DNA of 64,000 nucleotides from Candidatus Anderseniibacteriota bacterium (GTDB lineage Bacteria > Patescibacteriota > Andersenbacteria > UBA10190): assembly GCA_016197005.1 (NCBI GenBank), contig JACPWO010000002.1, positions 79,851-143,850 on the forward strand, written 5' to 3'. Under the pieces are notes generated by a model. It did not search any database, was not told the origin of the DNA, and was given only the letters and a program-made list of their open reading frames with translations. Positions 52,554-62,744 of the stretch are shown here, piece after piece. Both the position numbers and the translations under genes were made by a program. Every line of letters starts with the position of its first letter. Position 1 is the first letter of the stretch.

Positions 52554-54278
52554 ATGGCGGAAAATACCGGCGTCAAAATCCTTCAGTCGCTAGCCGAGAA
52601 GCAGCTCATTACGTTTGAGCAAGCTAATCAGCTGCGTGGTCAGATTGAAGGCGGCGCCAATTTATACGAACTGTTAGTGGATGGCAAGGTTGTAAACGAA
52701 GACCAATATATGGAGGCGTACGCTGCGGCCGTAGAAATTCCATATGTGAATGTCGGCGAGATGCAGATTCCGAAAGAGATCCTCGATATTGTCCCTGAAT
52801 CCACCGCGCGTGGGCATCGCATTGTCGCGTATGAACAAACCCCCGACCTCGTAAAGGTAGCAATGGCTGATCCAAGTGATCGGCAGATTGTTGAATTCAT
52901 CCGCAAAAAAGTAGATGTACCAGTAGAAGTAGCTATTACTTCGCCTTCGAGTATTCGCAAAGTCTTAGCACAGTATCAAGATACTCTTGAAGCCGAGCTT
53001 TCCAACTTAATTAAGCAAGCTCAAACAGTTACTGGCACGGGAGAGCTGACAAAAGTAGCCGAAGACCTGCCGACAGTTAAAATAACAGAAGCAATTTTGA
53101 AGCACGCTATTCTGCAGGGAGCTTCAGATATACATATTGAACCAACGGAAGACCAGCTCATAGTACGGTATCGAGTTGATGGGCTGCTGCACAATGTTCT
53201 AACGCTCCCGAAAGCGGTGATGGCGGGATTGGTGGCACGTATAAAAATCTTAAGTCGTCTCAAAATTGACGAACATCGTCTGCCTCAGGACGGACGTTTT
53301 AAACTAGAAAGTGATGATTACCAGGTAGCATTCCGTGTTTCAACGCTCCCGGTATTTGATGGCGAAAAAGTTGTTATGCGTTTACTCGATGAATCTGGAC
53401 AAGGACTGAAGCTTGATGATATCGGCATGAACGACAAGGCGCTCAAGGTATTCCGCAAAAATATTAATGAACCGCACGGTATGGTGCTCGTTACTGGCCC
53501 AACTGGTTCTGGTAAAACTACTACGCTCTACGCTGCCATGCGTGAGCTTAACCAGCCAGAAGTAAACATCAGCACCATTGAAGATCCAATTGAATACCGG
53601 ATGGAAAAGATTAATCAGACGCAAGTGCAACCCAAAATTGGACTGAATTTTGCTACGGGTCTGCGCGCTCTCGTTCGTCAAGATCCCGACATTATTATGG
53701 TTGGTGAAATCCGTGACGAAGAAACCGCTTCCTTGGCGGTAAATGCTGCTTTGACTGGACATATGGTTCTTTCCACCTTACACACCAATAGCGCCGCTGG
53801 AGCGGTGCCTCGGATGCTCGATATGAAAGTAGAACCATTTTTGATTGCTACAACTGCTAATGCGCTGCTGGCGCAACGTCTTGTCCGCAAACTCTGTCAA
53901 GAATGTAAGGTCGCCGGAAAAGCAGATAAAACGATTATGGATAGCCTGGCAGCCGCTTTAGATATTGAGCACATGCTCAAAGTGCTTCAGGAACAAGGAG
54001 CAGTAAAAAAGGAAGCTGCTTGGGAGGACATCCCTATTTTCCAACCAAAAGGGTGTCCTAAATGCCAAGATGGTTATCGCGGACGACTGGGTATTTACGA
54101 GATATTTGAATTAAGTCCAGCCATTCAGAAATTAATTACCTCGAACGTTACTTCACAGGATATAGAAACAAAGGCACGGGAAGAGCAGGGAATGGTGACT
54201 ATGATTGAAGATGGGATGATAAAAGTTACCCAAGGTATTACCAGTGTGGAAGAAATTCTTCGAGTCGCTAAAGAATAA
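52554..54278 (+). CDS. pilB: type IV pilus / T2SS assembly ATPase PilB (GspE family)
   Basis: N-terminal T2SE_N domain; Walker A LVTGPTGSGKTTTLYA; Asp box; Walker B; His box; the CxxC...CxxC tetracysteine motif CQEC...CPKC. Confidence 0.9.
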   Translation: MAENTGVKILQSLAEKQLITFEQANQLRGQIEGGANLYELLVDGKVVNEDQYMEAYAAAVEIPYVNVGEMQIPKEILDIVPESTARGHRIVAYEQTPDLVKVAMADPSDRQIVEFIRKKVDVPVEVAITSPSSIRKVLAQYQDTLEAELSNLIKQAQTVTGTGELTKVAEDLPTVKITEAILKHAILQGASDIHIEPTEDQLIVRYRVDGLLHNVLTLPKAVMAGLVARIKILSRLKIDEHRLPQDGRFKLESDDYQVAFRVSTLPVFDGEKVVMRLLDESGQGLKLDDIGMNDKALKVFRKNINEPHGMVLVTGPTGSGKTTTLYAAMRELNQPEVNISTIEDPIEYRMEKINQTQVQPKIGLNFATGLRALVRQDPDIIMVGEIRDEETASLAVNAALTGHMVLSTLHTNSAAGAVPRMLDMKVEPFLIATTANALLAQRLVRKLCQECKVAGKADKTIMDSLAAALDIEHMLKVLQEQGAVKKEAAWEDIPIFQPKGCPKCQDGYRGRLGIYEIFELSPAIQKLITSNVTSQDIETKAREEQGMVTMIEDGMIKVTQGITSVEEILRVAKE

Positions 54279-54292
54279 GATATACTTTATAT

Positions 54293-55510
54293 ATGCCAAT
54301 ATTCTCTTTTGAGGGGCGAAGAGAAGACACTGGAGAAGTTGTGTCCGGAGCACGGGAAGCAGTCTCGCATACGGCGCTCGGGCAAGATCTTCTGTCAGAA
54401 GGAGTTTTACTAACTCGTTTTGAGGAAAAGAAACGGAAAAGTCCGGCCGATTCTATATTTGCGTCTCTCCTGGCCCATGTTCCAGTGCTTGAGCGATTAC
54501 TCTTTGCTCGTTACTTCGCTCTTATGCTTCGAGCGGGATTAGATGTGAAGCGCTCACTGGCTGCCCTGGCTGAACAAACGCGGAGTAAACCAATGAAAGC
54601 GGCGCTGCAGTCGGTCTATCAAGGAATTGAGCGTGGACAGCAGCTGGCCGAAAGTATGGCAGCACATACCAATGTGTTTTCTGAGCTATTTGTTAGTTTC
54701 ATTCGTGTCGGTGAGGCTTCCGGACGTTTACAAGAGTCTTTGGAAATTTTGGCCAAACAGCTACAAAAAGAATTTGAACTCAAGCGTGCTGTCCGGGGTG
54801 GTCTTCTTTATCCAGCCATTATTGTGCTGGCCCTGATTGCCGTTGGAATCGCGATGATGATATTCGTGATTCCAAAGTTAGTAGAAGTATTCGAAGGATT
54901 TGATGTTGAGTTACCGCTCACAACTCGTATTTTGATTACCACGAGTGGTTTTTTCCATCATTACTGGTACCTCGTTATTCTCATTGTCATTATTCTGGTT
55001 GGAGGAAGTTGGGGGCTGCTACGAGTGAAATCAGTGAAAGCATTCATTATGCACTGGATGCTGTATGTGCCAATCATCGGCAATATTATTCAGCGAGTGA
55101 ATCTTGCTCGATTCTCCCGAAATATTAGCTCGCTGCTCGATAGCGGCGTGCCATTCATTGAAACGCTGCAGATATTAGGGGAAAACACCCCCCACCCTTC
55201 CTATGCTGCTGTATTTGCTGGGGCCGCTGATTATGTGAAGCAGGGAAAAGAGTTAAGCGCATATTTATCTCAACATGAGAAACTATTTCCTTCTCTGGTG
55301 ACGAATATTATGAAAGTAGGAGAAGAGACAGGTGAGCTAGCTGCAGTATTACAAGAAGTAGCTATCTTCTATGAAAGTGAAGTAGACCAGACGATGAAGA
55401 ATTTAACTTCGGTTATGGAGCCAGTGCTCATGGTCGTAATTGGTCTCGCCGTTGGTGCTCTGGCTATTTCCATCATCTCCCCAATTTACGGATTGGTGAA
55501 TGTAATTTAA
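54293..55510 (+). CDS. pilC: type IV pilus platform protein PilC (GspF family)
   Basis: 405 aa with two GspF repeats and 3 TM helices; typical FARYFALMLRAGLDVKRSL and LSSLLDSGVPFIETLQIL blocks. Confidence 0.85.
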   Translation: MPIFSFEGRREDTGEVVSGAREAVSHTALGQDLLSEGVLLTRFEEKKRKSPADSIFASLLAHVPVLERLLFARYFALMLRAGLDVKRSLAALAEQTRSKPMKAALQSVYQGIERGQQLAESMAAHTNVFSELFVSFIRVGEASGRLQESLEILAKQLQKEFELKRAVRGGLLYPAIIVLALIAVGIAMMIFVIPKLVEVFEGFDVELPLTTRILITTSGFFHHYWYLVILIVIILVGGSWGLLRVKSVKAFIMHWMLYVPIIGNIIQRVNLARFSRNISSLLDSGVPFIETLQILGENTPHPSYAAVFAGAADYVKQGKELSAYLSQHEKLFPSLVTNIMKVGEETGELAAVLQEVAIFYESEVDQTMKNLTSVMEPVLMVVIGLAVGALAISIISPIYGLVNVI

Positions 55511-55518
55511 GTGCGGCC

Positions 55519-56988
55519 ATGAACGGTAGTCGCGGCTTTACCATTATCGAAATCGTAATAACGACGTTTCTTATTGGTACGGTTGTCGTCGGCGTCTTCG
55601 GTCTTTTCTTGCTATCACTGCGCTCTGCTCAAGAGTCGGAGAGACGAGTAGTAGCAGTGGCACTTGCGAATGAACGAATGGAAATGGTACGGAATCTTCC
55701 TTATGTAAACGTTGGCACGTCTGGTGGTATTCCAACGGGGCCTATTTTGCAGATCGAGACAGTTGCTCGCAATGGCTTAGATTATTTAGTGAAAACAGAC
55801 ATTCGATACGTTGACGATGAATATGATGGAAAGGCTGCTGCGCCAACTGAAGAGGATGATCATATAACCATTTGTCATCGCCCGGGGACTCAATCAGAAA
55901 ACACTCTCACTATTAGTTCGCAAGCTTGGCCGGCTCACCAAGCTCATGGTGACTATCAAGGAGAATGTGGTAATCCTGATGATGGCACGGGAGATGGTGA
56001 CGAATATAACGCAGATTACAAACAGGTTCGTGTTGAAGTGTCATGGACAAGTCCTTCCAACCCGTCTCCCGTTCTCTTTATTACTTACATTGCTCCTCCC
56101 GGCATTGAGGGAGGAGAGTTAGGGGGGACACTGGATTTACAGGTAATTGACGCTGCCGGAGTAGGCGTTCCTAGTGCGCAAGTGGTCTTAATAAATGATG
56201 ATACAAGCCCAGCTATTAACCTGACTACGCAGACAGATAGCGATGGGCGCCTTATTCTTCCGGGGCTGCCGGAAGAGGCTGATTCCTACGCGTTAGCAAT
56301 ATCCAAGGCAGGATATACCAGTGAGCAGACGTATGACTCGTCAGCCAGTTTTGTTCCTGACGCAGATCATGGACACCTTTCCATGATTTTAAAGGCGTTA
56401 ACCAGTAAAACATTTTCAATTGATGAGACGGCTTCACTGATTGTAAATACCAAAGATGCCACGGCAACTGCTGTTCCGGATATTGCATATACCCTCCGTG
56501 GTACCAAGACAATTGGTACTGATGGTAGTGGTAACCCCGTATATGTCCTTGATGAGACTGCGGCAACTAACAGTGCTGGAACTCATACCCATTCGGCGCT
56601 GGTGTGGGATTCATATAACTTTCAAGTAGACGGGGAGACGAGTGGGTATGACATAAAGGAAACGAGCTTGTTGTTACCACTTGTTGTGCTTCCCGGAGAC
56701 GATCTAACCCTGGATGTTACGCTTGTTGAGCATACGCCGCTTTCCTTACACGTCACGGTTGCGAATAGTGAAGGACTTCCAATTGACAATGCCACAGTTA
56801 CACTAACAAAGAACCCAACGTTCACCGAAGAGCAAGGGACAGGAGTTTTGGGACAAGTTTTCTTTGCTGATCTTCCCACTACTGCTACGTACACGCTTAC
56901 TGTTGATGCGCCAGGGTTCACCTCTTCGTCTCAGCAGGTACCAGTTGATGAAAGTGAACGCATTCGAGTTCAACTCTCAACGCCATGA
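55519..56988 (+). CDS. type IV pilin-like protein (class III signal peptide), large
   Basis: N-terminus MNGSRG/FTIIEIVITTFLIGTVVVGVF is a prepilin cleavage/methylation motif (G|FTxIE). 489 aa. Confidence 0.65.
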   Translation: MNGSRGFTIIEIVITTFLIGTVVVGVFGLFLLSLRSAQESERRVVAVALANERMEMVRNLPYVNVGTSGGIPTGPILQIETVARNGLDYLVKTDIRYVDDEYDGKAAAPTEEDDHITICHRPGTQSENTLTISSQAWPAHQAHGDYQGECGNPDDGTGDGDEYNADYKQVRVEVSWTSPSNPSPVLFITYIAPPGIEGGELGGTLDLQVIDAAGVGVPSAQVVLINDDTSPAINLTTQTDSDGRLILPGLPEEADSYALAISKAGYTSEQTYDSSASFVPDADHGHLSMILKALTSKTFSIDETASLIVNTKDATATAVPDIAYTLRGTKTIGTDGSGNPVYVLDETAATNSAGTHTHSALVWDSYNFQVDGETSGYDIKETSLLLPLVVLPGDDLTLDVTLVEHTPLSLHVTVANSEGLPIDNATVTLTKNPTFTEEQGTGVLGQVFFADLPTTATYTLTVDAPGFTSSSQQVPVDESERIRVQLSTP

Positions 56989-57593
56989 AAGGATTTACTG
57001 TTGTTGAGACCGTAGTCGTTTTGGGTTTAAGCTTAATGCTTATAACTGCATTGCTGCGTTTTTTAGTTGCCGGCTATCCACTGGCTTCAGTCACGCTGCT
57101 GCAATCTAATTCAAACGAAACTGCGCGGGTACAGTTAAAACGTATTGCCAAAGAAATGCGGCAGATACGATATGCAGACACCGGCGCCTATCCTTTGGTT
57201 GACATGTTGCCGCAAAAAATGGTGTTTTACGCGAATATCGATACTGATGCGGCTACTGAGCGAGTACGATACGAATTAAATGGGACTGACTTAACTCGTG
57301 CCATATTGGAACCAAGCGGAAATCCTATTACGTATAATGTTGCAAACGAACACGCAACGGTAGTGGCAAGAAATATTCGGAATGGAACTAATCCTATTTT
57401 TGTTTACTACAACGGTGATTATCCGGAGGACACTGTAGCCTTAACGCCCGCCGATGTAACCGACGTAAAATACATTCAGTTTCACTTATTGATAGACGCA
57501 AATCCCGATCGGGAACCGAATGCGATTGAAGTAGCTTCTCAGGTACAACTGCGCAATCTCAAGACGAATCTAGGGCAGACAACTGACCCGTAG
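56985..57593 (+). CDS. type IV pilin-like / pseudopilin protein
   Basis: MKG/FTVVETVVVLGLSLMLI prepilin N-terminus; 202 aa. Overlaps the previous gene by 4 nt. Confidence 0.65.
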   Translation: MKGFTVVETVVVLGLSLMLITALLRFLVAGYPLASVTLLQSNSNETARVQLKRIAKEMRQIRYADTGAYPLVDMLPQKMVFYANIDTDAATERVRYELNGTDLTRAILEPSGNPITYNVANEHATVVARNIRNGTNPIFVYYNGDYPEDTVALTPADVTDVKYIQFHLLIDANPDREPNAIEVASQVQLRNLKTNLGQTTDP

Positions 57594-57605
57594 TATAGTA
57601 AAGAC

Positions 57606-58796
57606 ATGAGACAACAGGAGGGGTTCACGCTTATAGAAGTCTTGGTAGCTGCTTTTCTGTTGGCGGTAGGGGCTGTTGCCGTCACTGGGCTTATTATCCT
57701 AAGCTCCCGTCTTTCATTTGAGTCAGAGCGTAATGCCGTCGCTCAAGGAGTTGTGAATCAATGGATAGAGTATGTTCGCGTGCTCGATTACGACCAGGTT
57801 GCACTCACCGCGGCTGCCCCTGATTCTGGATTATTGACCGACCAAGAAATAAATCAGAATGGACAAAAATATAATCTTTCATTTCGAGTTGAGTTAGAAG
57901 ATGATCCGGGAAATGGTATAAACACGGCGCTTGACGCCACGAATGCCGATTACAAAAAGGTATTTGTTACCGCTACCTGGAATACTGCTGGGGGCGGTAG
58001 TCGTAGTGTTGTTAGCAGTATCATCGTAACTCGTCTCAGTAATCCTATTACGTGCACCTCTGGTAATTACTCGTGCCCCGGCCCCGCTGGAAATAAGAGT
58101 GTTCGCTGTCCGGCTAGTGGGTTTTGTCCAGCCGTTCAGCTTTGTAATCCGGGCGAGCGACAATGTTTTGGTAATACGGTAATCTGTCCATCTGATGGTC
58201 GTTGTCCAGGATCACCCCCCGATCCCGATACGAGCTGCCCGGCCGAAGCATATTTTTGTAGTGACACAACAAGTGGTGGAATTGTCTTGAGTGAATTTTT
58301 CCCTGACCCGGAAGGAACAACTGATGACGATGAATACATTGAAATTACCAATACTGGTAACGGCAGTCTTGATTTAACTGGCTGGAAGCTTGATGACGGA
58401 CCTGGTGGCAGCTCGCCTTACTTCATTCCGCCCGGCACCATTATTCCTCCGGGCGACTACACAACGTTTGATCGCTCGGATACTAATATAGAGCTTGATA
58501 ATAATGGCGACAGTGTTCGTGTCTTTGATCCATATTGGAATAATGTTATTGATGAATCATACGACGAGGCCGTTGAAGGACAGTCATACACCTGGGTGTG
58601 CGATAGTTGTGGTAGTGGCAGTAGTGGTGGGGGTAGTAACGGTGGTGGCAGCAGTGGTGGATATGGTTGGTATCCTCCCTCACCGGGTGGACCGGGACCG
58701 AGCGGAGGCGGGTATGGCTCAGACGATTATTCTGGTTCCGATGATTACGACGGTGACGGGTGCAGCAATCTTAATGAATATTTAGGAAATTGCTAA
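57606..58796 (+). CDS. type IV pilin-like protein with Cys-rich region and C-terminal lamin-tail domain (LTD)
   Basis: MRQQEG/FTLIEVLVAAFLLAV prepilin N-terminus. LTD signature IVLSEFFPDPEG...EYIEITNTGNGSLDLTGWKLDDGPGGSSPYFIPPGTIIPPGDY. C-terminal GSDDYSGSDDYDGDG. Confidence 0.6.
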   Translation: MRQQEGFTLIEVLVAAFLLAVGAVAVTGLIILSSRLSFESERNAVAQGVVNQWIEYVRVLDYDQVALTAAAPDSGLLTDQEINQNGQKYNLSFRVELEDDPGNGINTALDATNADYKKVFVTATWNTAGGGSRSVVSSIIVTRLSNPITCTSGNYSCPGPAGNKSVRCPASGFCPAVQLCNPGERQCFGNTVICPSDGRCPGSPPDPDTSCPAEAYFCSDTTSGGIVLSEFFPDPEGTTDDDEYIEITNTGNGSLDLTGWKLDDGPGGSSPYFIPPGTIIPPGDYTTFDRSDTNIELDNNGDSVRVFDPYWNNVIDESYDEAVEGQSYTWVCDSCGSGSSGGGSNGGGSSGGYGWYPPSPGGPGPSGGGYGSDDYSGSDDYDGDGCSNLNEYLGNC

Positions 58797-60130
58797 TGAA
58801 GTTCTCCTCCTTCAATTCTAAAGTTGGTAGTGCCCTTATAATGGTGACAGTCATTTTTGGTATGTTCGTTGTGATTATGGGAGCAACGACGGCGTATGTG
58901 AATCGTCAATTTAATCGCACGGTCCATGACGAAGCCAGGGAGGCTGCCCTTTACGCAGCCGAAGCCGGTCTCAACTACACTACACAAGCATTAACTGAAG
59001 CGTGGTATAAACCGAATGAGCTTTTAAGTAAGGGAAGTATAGGTATGCCAATTAATATTGATCCTGCCGCAAAAAGTTCTGTGTTGGTATTTTTTGGAAA
59101 AGAACCAACACTTGAAGAAAGCCAGGGACTAAGAGTTGTGTCTAACGGGCTCGCGTTCGGCGGTGAGTGCAGAGCTATTGAAGCTGTTATTCATCGAGCA
59201 TCAAATCAGAACAATGTGTTTAAGATTGCTTACCAAGACATCTTGAGCAAATGCTCAGTCCCGCGGTGTTGGGTAGGTGTCCAAGGAACACGTGACCATA
59301 CTGAAGGACCAAACGGTTCTGTCTATTACTCCTGGGCTTCTTCGGGAACAACCTCATGTTCTTCTGATACTGATGCCAGTGTATCGGGTACATCTGGTTC
59401 ATCGACCTTGGCTGGTAGCAGCTCGGAAGTAGCGGTGACGTGTCAGTGCTCTTTAGGAGGAGAAGTAACCGATTCTATTGCCTGTATACCGGGAGAAACT
59501 GCGTGTGAGCAAGGCAGCAGTGTCTCGTTACCTCCCGCTCCTGTTCCGGGTAGCTCTGATGAACCTGAATCAAATAATTCAGATCAATCGGAGGAGAATG
59601 GGAGCAACGGAACAAATCCCACACCTTCAAGCTCTTCTCCTCCTGACCCAACACCAACATCTTCTGATGATGGCAATGCTAGTGACGATGGTGATGGTGG
59701 AGATAGTGAGAATGAGGGAAATGAGGCTTCAGATGATTATGTTTCACCTACGCCACCTGGCCAGCCAGCTCCAAGTTCAACCCCAGAACCAGAACAGTGC
59801 AGCTACCAACCTTCCAGTTGTCCAGCGGGCACACCACCAAATAGTTCGTGTGTATCATGGGAATGTGACTCTGATATGGATTCAGACGACGATGATAATG
59901 GAGGCGACGGCGGAGACGATAGTGGCTCGTTTATGTGTGTAGCCGACTGTGAGCTTGCCAATGCAGATCCAGTTAGTGGTGAGTGTATTGGTGGCTATCA
60001 AACTACAATTTACTTTGAAGAGGTGCCAACCAGTGGACAAGTGTTAGCTGAGTGTCAAGGGCAACAGCTAGATACTTGTCGGGCCTATCCAGTAACGGAA
60101 CCATGTGGCGATAGCTCTGACGATTATTAA
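58790..60130 (+). CDS. PilX-like minor pilin / pilus assembly protein, Ser/Thr/Pro/Asp-rich
   Basis: N-terminus GSALIMVTVIFGMFVVIMGATTAY followed by AREAALYAAEAGLNY, as in the PilX N-terminal domain. Long low-complexity S/T/P and acidic tracts; many Cys. Confidence 0.45.
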   Translation: MLMKFSSFNSKVGSALIMVTVIFGMFVVIMGATTAYVNRQFNRTVHDEAREAALYAAEAGLNYTTQALTEAWYKPNELLSKGSIGMPINIDPAAKSSVLVFFGKEPTLEESQGLRVVSNGLAFGGECRAIEAVIHRASNQNNVFKIAYQDILSKCSVPRCWVGVQGTRDHTEGPNGSVYYSWASSGTTSCSSDTDASVSGTSGSSTLAGSSSEVAVTCQCSLGGEVTDSIACIPGETACEQGSSVSLPPAPVPGSSDEPESNNSDQSEENGSNGTNPTPSSSSPPDPTPTSSDDGNASDDGDGGDSENEGNEASDDYVSPTPPGQPAPSSTPEPEQCSYQPSSCPAGTPPNSSCVSWECDSDMDSDDDDNGGDGGDDSGSFMCVADCELANADPVSGECIGGYQTTIYFEEVPTSGQVLAECQGQQLDTCRAYPVTEPCGDSSDDY

Positions 60131-60138
60131 CACGTGAT

Positions 60139-62718
60139 ATGAATAAATATTGGATTAAACAAGCAAAAGGATACACCGCAGTTGAATTGGTGATTGCAAT
60201 GGGCATTGCTGGTCTCGTCATTGCGGCTACTTCTTTGTTTATTAGCCGCGGTATTGGCAGTAATAGGCAACAATTTGAGCAAGTACTAACAACGGAAAAT
60301 GCTCGAAAACAATTAAAAACTATTTCGGATACAGTGCGAGACGCGCGGAATCGAGTACAAGATGATTGGCTGCTGCGGGCCGAACCGAATGAAATTATGG
60401 TGGCAGCTAATGTTGATAATGACGCAGAAATTGAGACAGTCCGATATTTTTTGGATGGCAGTGAGCTCAAGCGAGGCGTAACCCAACCAGGCGGCGAGGA
60501 AAAAGTGCGGACAGTCACTCGCGGCGCTCGTAACCTTGAATTACAGGAAAACCTATTCACCTATGCTTCTTCGGAAGGAAATACCCTAGAAGAAGGACAA
60601 GCAAATTCGGCAAATGTTGAACGAATTATTGTTTCGCTGCGCGTTGACAATAATACTGACCAGGATCCTGGAGCGGCTCAACTGCTCGTTGAGCTTACAT
60701 CTCGAGCCGATTCAACGGAAACAGCGCGCATGTGGCCAATATCACTTAATTTTCCTCAGAATCCCGAGGAATGGGACGGAGCAGATGGGCCAGTTGAAGT
60801 GACCATCACAAACCCAGAAACAGGGGAGCAAACCATGACCGAAACTACGATTGCTGCGATTAATGACGGCCGGATGGAAACGTACAGTGGTGGATACTAT
60901 GTGAATCTTAATTATCAATCAACTACAGACGGATCAGATCTTCCGGGTTGGTACACCTGGGCCGGACCAATTTTTATTGGGTCAAGAGATGGGGCAGTTA
61001 TTACGAAAATCGACAAATTTTTGCAAAACGAGCTTTGTTTAGGAAGAAACATGCCAGAACTTCTAACCGGGTGTGAGCGACGGTGGGTAGCGGCTGGAGT
61101 GGAACCAGAACTTTACAAAACCTATATTCCTATTATTTTATTCCGACAAACAAATGGCCAATTAGATTATGTAAGGGATATTTCATACGGCATCGAAAAG
61201 GAAGTCTCACCTACTCCGGAACCATCTGCAACTCCGACCCCACCAGCTGATGACACCACCTGTTTTATAGAAGTTACTGCTCCGAAGAATGGCACTGTCA
61301 AGCCGCCTACTTATAAGTGGGATTTGGCAGTCTATGTGAACGGTGGAAATCCGGACTCAAATAGTAATGAAGTTTATTACTTTGATAATGGTAAATACTT
61401 GGGATCTTCAAGCTTAAATTCCGGTTCCGGCTATGGCCTTAATTCAAACTCGGGGGGTTTTGCTCAGGGTGTAAGTATAAATCCAGCCCCAGGAAATCAC
61501 ACCGTTATTGCTACGCTTAATGCTCCACCGATAAATAGTCCAGGCGGACAGCTGGTTGTGCCGACCACGATGCCTGGAGCCTCAAGTTGTAAATCAGAGC
61601 CCATTACCTTTACGGTGTCGTCGCCGTCTACTCCCACGCCAACTCCAACTGGCAGCGCTGCCTGTACTGATTTTGCTCCGTTTCTATCCATTACCACTAA
61701 TCCGATGTGCATTAACAAGCCACAGCTTTTCTTGCCAGCTGTCATGGAAGATATCAATTTTACCGGCAAAATTGATCCTGGCTTATTGCAATATGTTGGT
61801 ATTACGAGTGTTTCTTTCGTTTCATACAGTGATGGATGCCCACTTCAGCCAGGAGGCCAAGTTTCAGGTCAAAGGCAAAAAAATTGGAATTATACCGGAA
61901 GTAACGTCTACGACGGGCAGCTGGAATATAGCAGTAGCGATCGAACACAAGCCTGTGCTGATAATTTTACGATTAGATTCCAGGTAACTTATGTAAATAA
62001 AGCTACCGGCAAAATCGGAAATGTAACTGCTATTAAGACGTTAGATCCATGTTTTATGGATGCTTGGGGACAACCAACTCCCGCTCCGACCCCTTCCTCA
62101 TCCTGTCCAGTAGCATCAACTCCAACACCTACTCCAACACCTACTTCTAACCCAACTTCTAACCCAACTCCAGCACCAGAAATAGCTAACCCGCCCACTC
62201 TTACCTGGGCAAATCTCGGTCCTGGCTGTTATAACCCGGGAGAGACATTTGTTACGAACTTCACTCTTAAACTCCCGTCGCAAAACACCTACAATGCCGG
62301 GTATATTGGACCAGCTGTTATTCGAGCGGTTGAAGGGTATAGCAGTGCCCCGGGCATTACCATTTACAGCAATGATCCACCCGAACCACAGGAACAAACG
62401 AGCGCTGGTGGTACCTCACCCAATCGACTCACTGATATCACTGCTACAAAAATACACTCCTTAACGAAGCAACAAGACCTTATATATACCGTATCTTTTC
62501 ATGTTAATGAGCTCGTAGATTCAGGAGCAGGGAATACAAGAAACGGTCCCGTTACCATACCGTTTAAAGTGAATTATGATGTAAAGCCCGGTTTGCCCGG
62601 TGGCGACGGTATACTCGAAACTACATCGTCTATTAGTAGATGTTGTCATTACCAACCAGTCCAGTGTCCCAGCGGATCGGCGCCAGGAAGTTTCTGTCAG
62701 GCCTGGGTATGTCCCTAA
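60139..62718 (+). CDS. large pilin-like protein (859 aa) with Thr/Pro-rich linkers
   Basis: MNKYWIKQAKG/YTAVELVIAMGIAGLVIAA prepilin-type N-terminus. Linkers SPTPEPSATPTPPADDTT, SSPSTPTPTPTGSA, PTPAPTPSSSCPVASTPTPTPTPTSNPTSNPTPAPE. Confidence 0.55.
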   Translation: MNKYWIKQAKGYTAVELVIAMGIAGLVIAATSLFISRGIGSNRQQFEQVLTTENARKQLKTISDTVRDARNRVQDDWLLRAEPNEIMVAANVDNDAEIETVRYFLDGSELKRGVTQPGGEEKVRTVTRGARNLELQENLFTYASSEGNTLEEGQANSANVERIIVSLRVDNNTDQDPGAAQLLVELTSRADSTETARMWPISLNFPQNPEEWDGADGPVEVTITNPETGEQTMTETTIAAINDGRMETYSGGYYVNLNYQSTTDGSDLPGWYTWAGPIFIGSRDGAVITKIDKFLQNELCLGRNMPELLTGCERRWVAAGVEPELYKTYIPIILFRQTNGQLDYVRDISYGIEKEVSPTPEPSATPTPPADDTTCFIEVTAPKNGTVKPPTYKWDLAVYVNGGNPDSNSNEVYYFDNGKYLGSSSLNSGSGYGLNSNSGGFAQGVSINPAPGNHTVIATLNAPPINSPGGQLVVPTTMPGASSCKSEPITFTVSSPSTPTPTPTGSAACTDFAPFLSITTNPMCINKPQLFLPAVMEDINFTGKIDPGLLQYVGITSVSFVSYSDGCPLQPGGQVSGQRQKNWNYTGSNVYDGQLEYSSSDRTQACADNFTIRFQVTYVNKATGKIGNVTAIKTLDPCFMDAWGQPTPAPTPSSSCPVASTPTPTPTPTSNPTSNPTPAPEIANPPTLTWANLGPGCYNPGETFVTNFTLKLPSQNTYNAGYIGPAVIRAVEGYSSAPGITIYSNDPPEPQEQTSAGGTSPNRLTDITATKIHSLTKQQDLIYTVSFHVNELVDSGAGNTRNGPVTIPFKVNYDVKPGLPGGDGILETTSSISRCCHYQPVQCPSGSAPGSFCQAWVCP

Positions 62719-62744
62719 AGAAATATTTTCGTTAGTATTTCACG

